From contig JAYWIR010000005.1 of the NCBI GenBank assembly GCA_036172245.1, positions 682,001 through 746,000 on the forward strand: 64,000 nt of DNA, read 5' to 3'. This document shows, piece by piece, positions 35,890 through 49,883 of the stretch (position 1 is the stretch's first letter; every line of letters starts with the position of its first letter). This DNA comes from Raillietiella orientalis (lineage: Eukaryota). Position numbers and translations under genes: made by a program. The notes beneath the pieces were generated by a model that saw only the letters and a list, made by a program, of their open reading frames with translations, made no database searches and was not told the origin of the DNA.

Positions 35890-38800
35890 TTACTGAAGCA
35901 CCAAGCCTACCTGAAAAACACAAGGGGAGAGAAAGGGGAAAAAAAAAACAACTCATTAGAAACGAGCAAGAAATCAGACACTTCGCAAGCGCTATCAGTG
36001 CAACCGACGATGTAATACTAGCCGTATCCTACTACACGATTAAGTAACAAATGGTCTACTAGAAATTGCGATGCACGCAGCATGGGGGGCGCAGCTGATC
36101 GCTGATCATCACGTGAAGAACACTGACGGATCCAGTTATGAGAGCAACACCAATTAGGAATGTTCGGGCAAATCGTCAACTGCAACTGCGCTTGGAAAAC
36201 ACGAGAACGCCTGCACGCGGAGGGAAAACTTTCGGGCGAAGGCGCGCGCACTGGGGCGTGCAGCGAAGACATATTTTTCCTTTTCGGTCCTCAAGGAGTG
36301 CTGAAGAACCGCTCGTCTCCCTAGAGGGGGCTCACGAAACTCTCCAGCGCTGCTCCACGCCGCCCGAGGGTGCGCGTGTCGCTCTTCAGGTTGGGAAGCA
36401 CGGCCGCCCCACGAATCCAGGAAGGGCTCGGGAGTCCGTTTCTCCCACGCCTGGGGAGGGATCCTCGAAGGGAACACCTCCGCCCTGGTCGTCTCCGAAG
36501 GGAACAAGCTCCTTCCTCATTCCCTCCGGAGGAACCTCCCGGTTTGTGGGGGGTCGCTCCTGGTTTCCGTTTCTGAAGAGAAACCCGAAGCGGAGCTTCC
36601 CGATTTTCCCGGAAGGGCGCTCCCCGAAGGGAGCAGCGCGCTTCTTGCACTCTCGGCAAGCCCTCCAGGGGAGAGAGAACGGTTGGGTATCAACCATTTT
36701 TTCGGAAAAAAAAAAAAAAAAAAGTGTGTGTGTGTGGAGAAATACGGGGCGCCGTTGCCTTTGAAGAATTCGGTTTGGGGCTGTAAACGCACGAACCAAA
36801 ACGGGGGGGGGGGGGACAGCGCTTTCCCGTCACGACAGGAACGTTCTTTGCGCATGCGGACAAAGGCAATGCGATGGCTCATCCTGGATGGACCACTTTG
36901 ATCTACACGCAGAGGGGCGGCGCGCACACGGACGATGGGCGCCTTGCACGTGCAGCAGCGACCACCGCTTGCTTTGTCCTTCTGTCGATCGTCCGACCGC
37001 CGACCATTGAAATTCCTCTTCCAGCACAGCTGACACGACGGGAACCTGCGGGGACGACAGACACGACTCGGTTTCGGATGATGGAACAGACGCAGCTTTC
37101 CGTGTTGCAGATGGCACGAAGCGGAACGCAAGTCGGGCAGGGCGAGCAAAGTGGGCTGGAACGCCTCTGGGAAAGTTCGTCGCGCGTGCGAACAGCGCAA
37201 CTGTGGCACGCGAGGACGGGATCGGGAACAGGGATCGACGGACGCAACGACGCGCACAAGGTCTGCATGCGCCGGAAGCATGCACGGCACGGGCCGACAG
37301 TCGGTGGCTCTGGCTGCAAGAGAAAACAAAAGCATCGCAGGAAAGGGCGGCCCGCCTCAACTCGAGCGGGGCCATAGGCTGGAAAAAAATGCAACTCTGT
37401 GATCTCCATGATTCCGTCGCCGACAAGCAGCGGCTCCCGCACGGGGCAGATTCCCGTCCCGAGCTTCCCAGCACTTTCGAAGCAGGGAGCGTCTCCTCGA
37501 GGGGAGACCACGCCAACGTGAAGGCACGCGCCAGCGGCTGCGTTCCCAGTGGGAACCACAGCAGCCCAACATCGCGGCCAATGGTACGCCTCTTTCTCAC
37601 CCAGCAGGAAGCACATCGACTGGGGTACAGCTGGCCCACAAGCAAGGGCGTTCCTTGGGGTCACGCCCGATCGCCATTGGCACGAAGACTCCGGAAAAGT
37701 CCGAGCCAGTCTGAGATCCCCTTAAGACCACTCCTCTTGGATTTCGACGCTGACGACGGAGCCGCGTTTCGCCTTCCGTCAACAGCCTGAGCAGGAGCAA
37801 CGTGAAGTTCTTCCGCGCTGTTGCCGTAAGGCCGCGCCTTGGATCCGCTTGTGGGGAACAGGAAACAGGGAGTGCGTCTTGGCCACCTTTCGAATCTGCG
37901 GCCGTGGGTTCCGAGATTGGAGCCGTCTTGAGTTCGCAGTGAGCTGGCCAAGTCGCACACGTATTTTTTTTGTTTTTTGTTTTTTTTTTAAAAAAGGGGA
38001 CGCTTGCTGGCAAAGATGCACAATAAATTGGATTGTGGTGAAGCTGGCAGTCCTGTCAATGAAGAAGGCAAGGAGGCATCGAGAGAAACGTGGGCCAGCG
38101 GGATGCAAACTGTTTCCTCGGACGTTTTCGAGCTTCGGGTCATCCGAAGAGCGCGGCCGGTGTGCACGCGCGTCATCCCCAGAAAAAACCCCACCAGCAA
38201 CGAGGACAGATGTAAAAGTGGACTCCCACCCGAGCCCCCGAGGTACTCGCGCGACGCCTGACCCTACCCGCGGGTTTGAAGATCTTCTCCCAGCATCCCA
38301 ACGTGATGTTTCCCCTCTTTTTTTTTTTCTTTGGTTCGCTGGGCACGCGAGAGCTGTTCGCCCAGGCGCTCGCGAAGCTCTTCGGCGCTGTTCCACGCCA
38401 CCCAGGGCGCGCGCGTCACTCTCCAAGTTTGAGGATAACCCGGGAGGGAACCAATCCATGAATCCAAGAAGGCATCCGGATGGGGAAGGAGTCCGTTCCT
38501 CTCACTCTTAAGGGGAAACCTTAAAGGGAACCACCTCTTCCTTCGGAGGGACCTGCTGGTTTGTGGAGGCCTCTCCACCATTTCCTGTGTCCGAAGAGAA
38601 CCACGAAAAAATCGGCTCCTTGCTCCTCCTCCTTTGAAAAGGATTCCGAAGGGGCGCTTCCCGATTTTCCCTGAAGGGCGCTCTCCGAAGGGAACAGTGC
38701 GCTTCTTGACAATCTGGAGAGGCGACCATCGATAGCGGTATCGACCAGCTCCATGGTAACCGATAGAGGGGAGTCCCGAAGGGCTCCGTGATGCCCTGGA

Positions 38801-41800
38801 AGGACCCCACCCACTAGCGCCCCCTCGTTCAGTCCCGGCCAGCCAACAGGGGGGGGAGCATTCGGGGATTTCCGCCAGCGTGCCGCACCCGAACAGGCCG
38901 ACCAGCATCATCTTCCGGGGGGGACATTCGAACGACACGACTCCCTCTCCGTTCTTGGCGCCATCCTTCCCTCCCCCGGGGGGGGGGGGATTCGAACCCG
39001 CGACGCCAGATGTCCCCGACCGCGGAAACGGGGGCCAACGTGAGGCAGGAGGGCAAACTTACGCGCACACGCAACCTGCCGCGCGCGCACGCAGCGGGTC
39101 GGCTCCAAATTCGACCGTCTGCAAGTTGCCGGTTCTAAAACGCAGGCAAAGCGCGGCAGCCACACGGTCAAGGTCGCAGCGGACTTTCCATCTTCCCCCG
39201 AGGCACTTCCGATCACCTCCGATCCTTCCCGGTCCTTTGGAAAACGCAAATCCCTGGGCTGTTGCTGTCCACCGCTCAAACGTTCGAACGCGTTCCGCGC
39301 TACGCGCCGCGGGATGCTCACTCGCGTCCACGAGGCGGCAACGCCTTCGCAGGCCGAACCAACGCAAAGAGTTCCCTCCTAGTCCCCTCCCCTGCGGGTG
39401 AACCGCCGCTGCTTGGCCGGACACCGAGTGGCGCAGAGCTGCTGCCGCGAAACAGAGGCAAGGGGCGCGCGCGTGCGCGTCCGCACGCAAGGCGCGGTAG
39501 GAGGTTGGCTCCTAGGACCTTGGGATGACTTCCAAGAAGACTCAGTGACGATGGCGCTTCGGTTTGCGCGTGGATGGCACGTCGAACTCGATTACCTTTT
39601 CTGGAGGCATGGAAGGGCAACGCCAGTTGAAAAAATAATACTGCAGGTGGCCGTCTCCGATCCCGAATTTAAGTTTGTCCAGGAATTCCTTGTTGTTCAT
39701 GAGGTCCAAAGCGTTGAAGACGTCGTAACCACTCTGAGGAAGAGGACAAAAAAACCGTTACTACACACGAGAAAGCACACTGTAAACATCGCTGCAACGG
39801 AAGCTGTAGCGCTGACGATGGCAGCCTTCGTCGACCGGGTTTTTTCGCCAAGGGTTTTTTTTCGACGCGCACACCTCCGCGCAAGGCTTCCCCAATCCGA
39901 AAAGCTGAGCGTCGATGCCCCCCCCCCCGCCGGCCCTACCGGATACTGCCCGCCTGCGTCGGTCGCCATCATGGTTCAGAGCACCCTAAAAAAAAAAAAA
40001 TCGACCACCGCAAAGCACACGAATGCGCCTCGAAGTATCGCCAAGCCACGCATCCGTTACCACTACGGGACTCCTCGGAGCATTCGGGACCAACACCCTG
40101 CATTTGGAACGCCGGTGGTGTACTCAGCTTCGGTGGGTCACATCCACACCAACAGCCGCTCTTTTTATCTCGAGAACCCGGACACCTTTCGTACGCACAC
40201 TTCACACCTTGCAGAAAAAGTCCAAAGGGACGACGCTTCGTTTGTTTTGACCTGGTTCGGAGTCTAAACATTTGTCGGGGGTGGGGAAGAAAACGCTCCA
40301 TACATTCGCACTTGCAGGGAAAAAAAGAGGTCTTCCTTTCTTTTTCCGCCATGGCGCATCTCCAACTGGTGCAGCATCCAAGTCCCCATCGCGCCGATAA
40401 CCACGGCCGCCAGGTGTCTGGACGCAATGACCTGCTGACTGGCACGGGGTCAGAGGAGCGCGCACTTCTTGTTATCCATTCGTGCCGTACTCGACCTTCG
40501 TGCTCGCTTCCCTCTGACGCTCCTCGCGGCCATCCGAGGAGTGTCAAAGCAGCGACGGTCTTTCCGAGCAGACCGCAGTCATCCACTTCGGAGCACCCTC
40601 CAAAGCCGCTGGGTCTCTCGCAGGCGAAGGAAACGACTCGCGTTCCTCCTCGACTGTCGCGTGGCCACCCTTCCGCTTCCGTTCTGTGAAAGCCGAGTGG
40701 GAAACAGCGCCTGCAGCTCCGACTGGTGTTTCCTCCTCCTCCTCTTCCTCTTCGAGAGCGGTTCCAAGAATTCTGGGCAACGTCCTCGGTGAAGGTCCTC
40801 GAGGCGGAACACGCGCTGTCTCACGGGCTCCCTTTCCGGAGGTGCCATGCACGCCGGCCATTTGCATTCCACGGATGCTCGAAGGCAACCGGAAATTCAT
40901 GCGCTCGATGATCACAGTTTCGCTTGCGCCTTTCAGGATGTCAAGGGAACGCACCTTTTCAGATCAGAAAAAAAGAAGAAAGAAAACTTCGTTCCGCCGC
41001 GACGACAAAGACCACACCACCCCTACGCCTGTAGGTGGACTTGCACTCGAAAGTCCTCTCTACCGACATGACGAGACGCTTCGTGCGCTCTCACACGAGG
41101 GAGTTCCGCGTGATACCGAGAAGCGAGGATTTAAAAAAAAAAAAAAAAAAAACGGAAGAGCTCAATGGCTTCCGCAAAATCGAATTCCGAAACGCGGAGC
41201 TACGCTGCAAGAAAGAAAGCAGTGACTCCGCAAGTGCTGCAATAGGACGCCCCGGGGGACGACCGACGAAAAACGCTCTGCGACGTCCACTTCCGGTGGA
41301 CGTGGTCATTCACTGCATTCGGGGGGGGGGGGGAAGGGGTTGTGCATGTTCACCTCGCACCCCTTACAAAGGCAGCGGCGGATTCAGAGATCCGTGACGT
41401 TCGTAAATCGCCACGGGTGCTTGAAGACCATACACAGACAGCAACGTCTGTTCACTACCACTTAAGATGAGGAGATGCTTACGTTCTTTGCAGTAATTAA
41501 GCAGTCCAGCATGAGGTCTGGCCACGGAATGCTAGTTGCAACGTTATAAAAAGAGTAGGCAGCTTTTATGCTCTTGTGCTGCGGATGGTGCATCACAGTC
41601 GACGGAAGATTATAATAACTGAACATATCTGAAAAGCAAAAACAAAGGAAAGTGAAAGTGAAAACGAAGAATGGGGTGAAATTTTTCTGCGACCGTGAAT
41701 CGATGAAAGCAACACGCCCAGAATCGACGGTTCGATGCTCTTGAATCTTACAGCGTCGTACGTTAGAAACACCCCGCGTGTCATAACATTCTTTCCCAAA

Positions 41801-44800
41801 GAGCACGACGGAGGATGCGGGGATGACGAGAAATCTCGCCCCTCCTCGTTGACGGCGCCGACCCTGGCGGTCGAGTGGCTGGTCGGTGGTCCTTCAGCAC
41901 GCCCTCCGTGAGACTTCCCCCCTCCCCCTTTTTTTTTTGCCACTTGCCAATTTCCTCCGCATCTTGGGTTTTCTGTTAGCACCCGCCGCTGCCCGTCGCG
42001 TCATCGAGCGAGTCACCCAACATCGGCGGTGCAAACCTCCCCGTTTTCCCCAAGCGACCCCGTCGACGACACGCGACCAGGTGCTCGTCACGGAAGGGCT
42101 AAGCTCGTTGTGAAACGAACCCGGACCAACTGAAGACGTAAACGGAAGCCACTCCGAACGTAAACTCAGCTGAATGGTCGATGCGGAAAGGGGCGGCACG
42201 GGTCCCATAAGAATTTCTTTTTTTGCGCCTTTCGTCCGGAAACGCGGCTCATCGAGTTCACGCTGGGGATCACCCGCTACCCCAAGCGCCCTCCCGAGCT
42301 GGGAACGGGAGGAAGCGCCGGACAGCGCAACGGACACGCGCAACACCAGCTCCTGCGGAAGCGCGCCGGAAGGAACAGCGGCGCGAACACCCTCCGAAGA
42401 AGACACATCGGCAGCTGCCCTGCTTCCGGAGCAACGGCGAGAGAGCGCAGGCGGCGAAGGAGCGGAAGCGGGACCGAGGAAGACGAGAAAAACCCTGCCG
42501 CGGAAGCGACGCGCAACGGGAAAGCGCAGAACCGGTAGAACCCCACAACGACCGGAGTCTATCGGCCGATGGAAGCCTCGCCTTGGCGGGAAGCCCACCA
42601 AAAGCTACAACAGACGCTGGAAAAGTGAAAGTTGGAAACTCCCGCAGAGCAGAGGCTGCCGGCAGGTGATGGCAGACGTCGACACTCTCCGGGTTTACAA
42701 GAGCTCGACAGCCTCAAAAAATACGACTGGCTGCGCCCCCCCCCCGCATCAAACCTCACCCACTGCCCCTGATATGCAAAACACCCAGGAGGAAACTCCT
42801 CTGCGGTCGCAAGTAGGGAGGAAAGAACCACTGGATTCGACAACGGCAGGAGGCACGCTTTCACACACTGGCACTTCTCTTGGCAGGCCCACGTGAGCAA
42901 AAGCGGCTCTTCGCGTCCAAAATGGAAACCCCCCGCGCGCACACAACGGAGAACTCGACAGGCCGCAGGAATTCTGATTGGACTGGTAAACACACACTCA
43001 AGTCCCAAACCACTTCAGAAGGGAGTGGAGAGGGGGAGGGGACACTCTGGTCCACAGCGAATCGGCTTTCGGATGAGGCGGCGGCAAAAGATTTCACCAG
43101 CCATGCATTCGTACCGAGTTCTGGAAATCCGCGAAGTGAGGCGATGGTGGAGAGGGCTCCACCGGTGGACACGTGAAGATGCATTTTGCACGAAGGCTTG
43201 GATTACCAAAGGAAAATGAGCAGGGGGGAGAAAGGGGTGGGGAATTGGAGCGCAACCAGCCTGCCGTCTCCGGAAAAGAGCGATGAAGGAAGCCCTCCCT
43301 CCCTCTACCCGCCAACTCGGTGAGAGACTTCCTCTTGCAGCACGTCGGATGGTGCAAACCGCGCGCATTCACTCAAGAGAGCTGCAGCATTCGCGGACTT
43401 TGCGGATCGCGTCACAGCCTCACCCCCGACAGGGGGGGGGAGGGCACTCTACCAGCGAACGTTCCCTGTCCGTGTGTTGTTTGTGGACGGGCAGCTTCCA
43501 CTTCCGACGTGGAGAGACCACGCACCCACCGCTCCGAGAAAAACAGCCCAAAATTCAAAACCGCCGCAGCAGCCTGCGAGACGCACTTTGCCGATCGACT
43601 CCGCACGCATCTGCATTTTTACGTTCCGCGGTGCGTACAGAAGGCACACGCCGTGTTATCCGAAGCACGTCGGAATTGCGATCGACATCATCGGAGGTAC
43701 ACGTCCCGTAGGGTGCGCGCCCGCTTGGCTGGCATCGCTCCCTACGGGACGTCCCTCAAGAGCTCACCAGCCTCTCGTAGCGCTTCCTTCACACCGGGAG
43801 GAAGATGCGAGTCTTCGCAGCAGCCGGCGAGAGCCACTTGAGATGGAAACGGCGGGTTGCCGGATACGAAAGCGAACGAGGTCGAATGAGAGCGCGCCCT
43901 GACCCGGGCCCACGCCCATTCGCTTCGACTCGCGCCCTCACCCGAGCCGGCATGGCCCGCTCGCCTTCCCGCCACAAGCTGGACGACGTGAGACCCAACC
44001 GAGCGAAGAGATGCACTCCTCAGCACCTCAAGAAAAGAAATCCATGAGTTCCGGCTTCCGAACGCCGGCCCGCCCCGACACCAGGAGCAACAGCTGCCCC
44101 CCCCCCCCCCGCTTCTCGAGAGTGATTTTCTGCACCACCTCACGCGCCCTCCTCCTCGCCAAGCGACGAAGGCTCGCTGGAGGATCCCACGAGCGCGCGC
44201 CGCCGCCGCTCCGCTGCGGAGACGGGCGACGGGAACTGCGGCTAAGGAGTGCGCCTTTTCCCACAGATCGCGTTCCGCGACCTGGCCAGTCGGCCGCGGG
44301 CGGTCGAGCGGGAAATCCTTCCCAGCCGACTGCCACTTTCCCGAGGAGTCCCTTGGCTCGCGGACCCTCCACCGCACCGACCCCCGTGACCTTTCCCCCG
44401 CGATACAGCGCAGTGGCGCGTCCCTCTCGGAAGAGGGAAAAAATCCAACCACTGACCGCCGCGGACGCAACCGCCCTTTCCCGCTTTCGGGATCAAGGGC
44501 ACAAAACCACACCACTGACCCATTCTTCAAATGCTCCACCATCCACTGCAAACCTGACCGACACTCATGCATGTGCACGTCATCCCATCCGTCCGAACCG
44601 CCGCCGCCGAGAGTCTGGAAAAACACTCTTCACCGCCATGGAACTTAAAATGGAACACACATGTAGGAACACCAGTCGATAAGGCGGACAGGTGCACAAC
44701 ACATTTATTCTTCACATGGAAAAGTAATGCAACGATTTTCTGAATAATACCTGTTACGATTCCGTTGTTTTCTATTACATAACAATCGATAATATTTTTC

Positions 44801-47800
44801 TGGGGTAAAAACCAATGCTTAAATTCTTCTTCCGTAAACACAGGAACCAGATAGAAATTCTCCAAGTACTGAAAGCACAAGCCGCAACTGGACTCCATGA
44901 AAGATTTAGATCACAATAAACAGATGAAAATGACTACAATTTTGTTTTTTACATTTTTTTTTTTTTTTTTTTCGAGGGAAGCAAAGGGAACGATATCAAG
45001 AGATTCATCAGGAGACAACGAGCAGTAACAGGCAAAAGCGCAGAGAAGTGCTTGTCATCTGATGATTGGCAATCTCTCTCGTCTTGGTACGCGTTTCTCG
45101 GTACGTTTGGGTGGCTCGGTGTCAAAATTCAGTGACAGGAGGTGGGGGGGGGGGGGAGAGAGAAGAAAAAATGCCACCACGTCTTCGAAACGGCTCGAAA
45201 CTACTTTGAAAAATGGGGAGGGCAAATGACACGGGGACTCTCCAGCACAGTTGGCAGAAACGACTGGCAAGGCCAATGTGCACTTTCCCATTACTCGTAC
45301 GCTAAAAGCACACATGGCACACGCGGTTGCAAAAAAGCAAGCAAACAACGGGATGTGTGCATCTCCACTCGTGTGGACCGCGAGTGTTTGGATCTTCAAA
45401 TGAAAACGAGAGCTCGGTGGCAATCTCCACGGGACGAAAGGCGAGGGAGGAAGCGGCTGGATTCTCCAGACCGGAGGGGGAGCTTCGAGATTGAAACTGT
45501 GCTGGGAAAACCGGGGAGATCACTCTTTGCGGACATCACGGCCGTCTCGTCGCCTTTCTCACGCTACGCGATTTCCGTTCACTTGCGTTGGGGGGAAGGG
45601 GGGAGGGGTGCAACGGAACGGACCGCTTGCTTTCCAAACCATCTCGGAGGTCTCTCGTGCTTTGCTTTCGACTAAACGACGGCAAATCTGCTTTAAAACA
45701 ACTGGCAAAAACTTTCCTGGGGGCAAACTCGTGAGCAGCGCAAGGCATGCATGAGAAAACCGTACGCCTGGATCGTACATTGAAAAATCCATACCAAGTG
45801 GCATGAAGACAACGGGAAAGCAAGGGGACGGACTTTACTACTGAACTGTGGGATCTGTTTCTTTTGGGGGATTTCCGTTTCCTCGACCGTCTCCTGGATT
45901 CCGAGGACGCGAAGCTCGCGGTTCCTTTTCATGGGTTTTTGGGATTACAACAAATTCTTACCAACCAGAGGTCGGTTACGTGTTCACCAAGTGGCAAGGA
46001 GGGAACCTGTACTCACTTTTGACAGCAAGGCGTGGGCTTGCGGAACATCTGCCAAGCACAGCGGCCGGAGACCAGGCTGCCTGGGGTGATCTGGTAATCT
46101 GTTCAACTTCAATGTTCTTTGCAATGTCATATTGCGTCCGAGATGCGAAAATTTGACATCAATCAATTTCTTAGGGTTCAAGGAACGATGCCAATACCTG
46201 AAATTGGGTTCTGGCTGTTGGGACTTTCCGGCTGGAAGCCGAGACACGAATACCTGCAAGTGGCTACTGGTTTCGGCAATATCACCCCCGCTGTGTACAC
46301 GGCTTGGAAGATGCCAGTGAGGTTTACTCTGCGTGTGATTTCACGTATGAGGACGGGAGCGACTCGCTTGCTCCTCAACTTTTTGTACACACACAGAAAA
46401 TTTATTTCCACCAGTTTTCGAATACTTTGAAAACAAAAAAAAAAAGAAACACACACACATTAATGAATACACAAAATCTTAACAACTACATGCAGTTTCA
46501 GTTTTTTTCCGAGAAAATCAAAAATCTTACTCGGAATAGATTCGGATACAAGCAGGCACCCCAGAGATAAAACCAACCAACTTTCGGGACTTCGTCACGC
46601 GCACACCACAATGCCAATCTGGAACCCAACCAGGAGGCTGCAGAGCCCTATCCACATGAACGAGAAACAGCTCAATGATTTCACAGCATCCTTACTTACC
46701 AACGAAGAAAGTCGGCCGAATAATCAAAGCGAAACATGTTGTCATCATCTTCAACGTAATTTTCAAACAACAGCTGGTATACCTCTTGCAACTACGATTA
46801 TAACAAAGCTCAATGCAGGATGCTCAATTTCTCTTTAGTACTTGAAGATGGATGCACAATCAACTCAGAATCACCAACAGCCACAGTTCATACAACTTGG
46901 TGAACAGGAAGTGACACCGCAACACTACAGAGCTAAGAGAAATCCCCAACGAATGAGTACGCCGTGCATCCCAAACGGATTTGCAGGAGCTTCGGGAGAA
47001 ATACCACCCTCACTGAACTTGCCCTCATATGCAGGCAAAAAGCACAGAAACCTATCATCATAAACCTACATCATGAAATGCACCAACAATTGAGGATCCC
47101 TAATGAGTGTCCGGCGAATCAAGACTTCAACCAAAGGCAGATGTAGCGATACAAACCACCATGCCCATCAAGCAATTTAATGGATTACAATGTACCTTTT
47201 CCCTTCAATGTCACAATACCTGCACCGGGAAAGTAGCTACAGTGCAATAATCAATTGTCTACAATTAATACACCCTCAACAAATGCTTTTCCATTTTCCC
47301 CTTTTCCATGTTCCTTCCAATGATTTTCCTCTTACAAATAGCAAGGTCAAGCAACTCAACAGCTTATAAAACGAAAGGATTCACATTTCAAGGACATGGC
47401 AAAGCATTTATTTATGGTTACTTTGGTGAAACGAATCAAGCATCAAAAGCTTGCTTGTGGCATTTCACCAGAGTCCTCTGATCTAGGCTGCTCCTGATCC
47501 ACCCTTTCATATAATCCCATGTATTTATAAATAAAATGTCTACCATCACAAAATATTTATGTGTGCATGCACAAGCAAAGAAAAATCCTTGTGCACAAAG
47601 AATGCATTTCTCTTAATGATGAGTGTACTTAATTCTATATGTCCTTGGAAAAAAGAACTCCTTTCTTGCATTTGTTTTTTTGTTTCTTTTTCTTTTACGA
47701 ACTTTTTCGGCGAATTTCCAAACAAAATTTCCTGGATTTTTTTTCCACTGACTATTTATCACATCAATCCAAAGATTCGAGTTGAAAGGATATTGTACGA

Positions 47801-49883
47801 TCTTACTAAACTTAGTGCCAGTTTCTCGATTACCATTATAAGAATATAAATAACAAAATACTTGAAAGGAGCTTTTCATCTCCAAGTGCGAAACTGAAGT
47901 GAGTGAAATCAGATATGCTCACAAAGATACTTAGAGGGTTGCTAACAAGTGGTGGGAAAGGGAATCCTATTAAATTTCATTTCATACAAAACTCGAAAAG
48001 AAATTAAAAAAAGGGAAAACAAAACGTTACCACTGAAGGAACATTCAGATCCAAGGTATCCCATTCAAATCCATCTGGTAACGAATATGGCTGCTGCCTT
48101 AATTCTGATACATCTTTATCAGGCTCTATTGCTTCACTTTTAGTGGGTTCTTCACCTAATCCACAGAACTTTTATATCAAATCTTCTCTTAACTAACTTA
48201 TTATTAAAGCAAATTAACTCACTGAACTTAGTGACAGGCTGAGTGTCCCAAAATTCATAAGTCTTCTTCCCACTTTGATGAACAGACTTGCTTACATCAT
48301 CATTAAATGACAACTGCTCCATGGCAAGTTTTAATTTCTGCAATATTAATAACAAAAATCAGTTCTTAGAGGAATCAAAATTAGAAGCATACTACACTAA
48401 TAGTGTCAGTAAAATGACTGCCTAAATACCCTTTTCCAAACATTTTCAAATAATAACAATTCTTCCTGATGACAAGAAAGCATGAGCTGTTTAGGTTTGT
48501 TTGAGCAATTTTTTGAAACAATAGTTGTAAAAATCAGAATTTGCATTTTTAATTCCGCCAAAGTAAGGCCACATGGAAATAGGGACAATGATATAAATGC
48601 TGAAATATACAACTGCAACAGGGATGGTGATTCATGTGATAATTCATGTTTGTTTCAATATGATGCATGGACACAAATTTCAACACTGATGGTTACAGAA
48701 TGCTGAAATCAACAAATGATGCAAACAGTACTTAATCATATCTTGTGTTATGTATATGCAGACTCTTATGAAGTCTGCAGAATGTCTCTTATTAGTAATA
48801 AATTTGTGTGCCATAAACTGAGCATATACATTCAATACAATTATGGAATCTCAGTTCACTGATCTGGTGATCTGCTACTTTACAAATTGCATCTTTCGAA
48901 CTGAAGCAAAGGAAATTCCTGATGCCAGATTTTCATAAACATTCATTCACGTATATACATATAATATCGAATCTGCACAAATATTTAAAATACTTAAATA
49001 AATTTCAGAAACACACACAAAGAAAAATTATTGCAATGATCTTGAAACAGTTTACTAATCAATGCTCCAAGAAACTACCAGAAATCTGAAGTAACATAGG
49101 TGCTGTTTTTCAATATTTTCCTCTCTAATAGTAAAATAGAATCATTGATTTGTCAAATTCGACTGGATTACTTTTAAGCAAGAAAGGAAGGCTTGAATCT
49201 CGAATTTATAGCTTGGTTCACAGTACTCTACATACATGAGGCTTTCATGATGATGAAATTTTCATTTTTATCATTCTTATTTACCTGCACATAGTTTTGA
49301 TTAACAAATGCATTTTCAGCTTTGGAGCTTGTATTTTTATTCACTGATTTGTTAGCAACCTTATCTTCAGCTGATGATGACTTCCCTGAGCTTGTAGATT
49401 TCTTATTCTTGCCTTTATTTTCATCAGATTCTCTAAAAAGACAAATGTTATCATCAGAATCTGGAAAAAATTTGACTTTACAGAAAATAGAAGAAAAAGA
49501 AAACAATTCAATTTAGAAATGCTTCCACAGTGATATAACCTGTCTAACAAATGTACTTTGAAAACTTTGCAAACTCAAAGACACTTTAAAAGTGATTCAC
49601 TTTTGTTAAAGGATAAGTACTGTCTATTTCAATGGAAAACACCTGAGAACTTCCTAGGAAAAAACGATGAAATGAAGCACTTGAACACTGCAAACCAAAC
49701 AACCTTCCCTTCTATGTCCAAGGTATGTATATTTTTTAAGGCGAGAATTATTAAAAAATGGAAAATTTGAAACACATGAAATTTCGATACTCTTTCAGAT
49801 GCAATAGTTAACACAAGGGGAAGCATGTTCCCTGAAATGGGGACTCACCCTTCTACTGAGGATTCATTTGTGTCGGGATCCAT
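35890..49883 (-). CDS. NMT: Glycylpeptide N-tetradecanoyltransferase (N-myristoyltransferase), about 468 aa
   Basis: 12 exons: 49849-49883, 49285-49432, 48223-48337, 48031-48155, 46700-46791, 46531-46647, 46254-46424, 46017-46197, 44751-44868, 41483-41628, 39596-39733 and 35890-35910 (1407 nt, in frame, GT-AG). Motifs [82 protein letters not shown] and C-terminal VGLVLQ*. Confidence 0.96.
36320..36665 (+). mobile_element. Dispersed repeat copy (same family as 18490 and 38330) in the last NMT intron
   Basis: gcttcccgattttcccggaagggcgctccccgaagggagcagcgcgcttctt matches 38656-38707; the upstream block matches 38365-38425. Confidence 0.65.
38330..38730 (+). mobile_element. Dispersed repeat copy (possible LTR family) in the last NMT intron
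   Basis: Shares blocks with both 18845-19000 and 36320-36665. Confidence 0.7.

Noticed and set aside
38988..38998. tRNA B-box-like GGTTCGAATCC on the minus strand
   Set aside because: No cloverleaf or convincing A box; at most a SINE relic.
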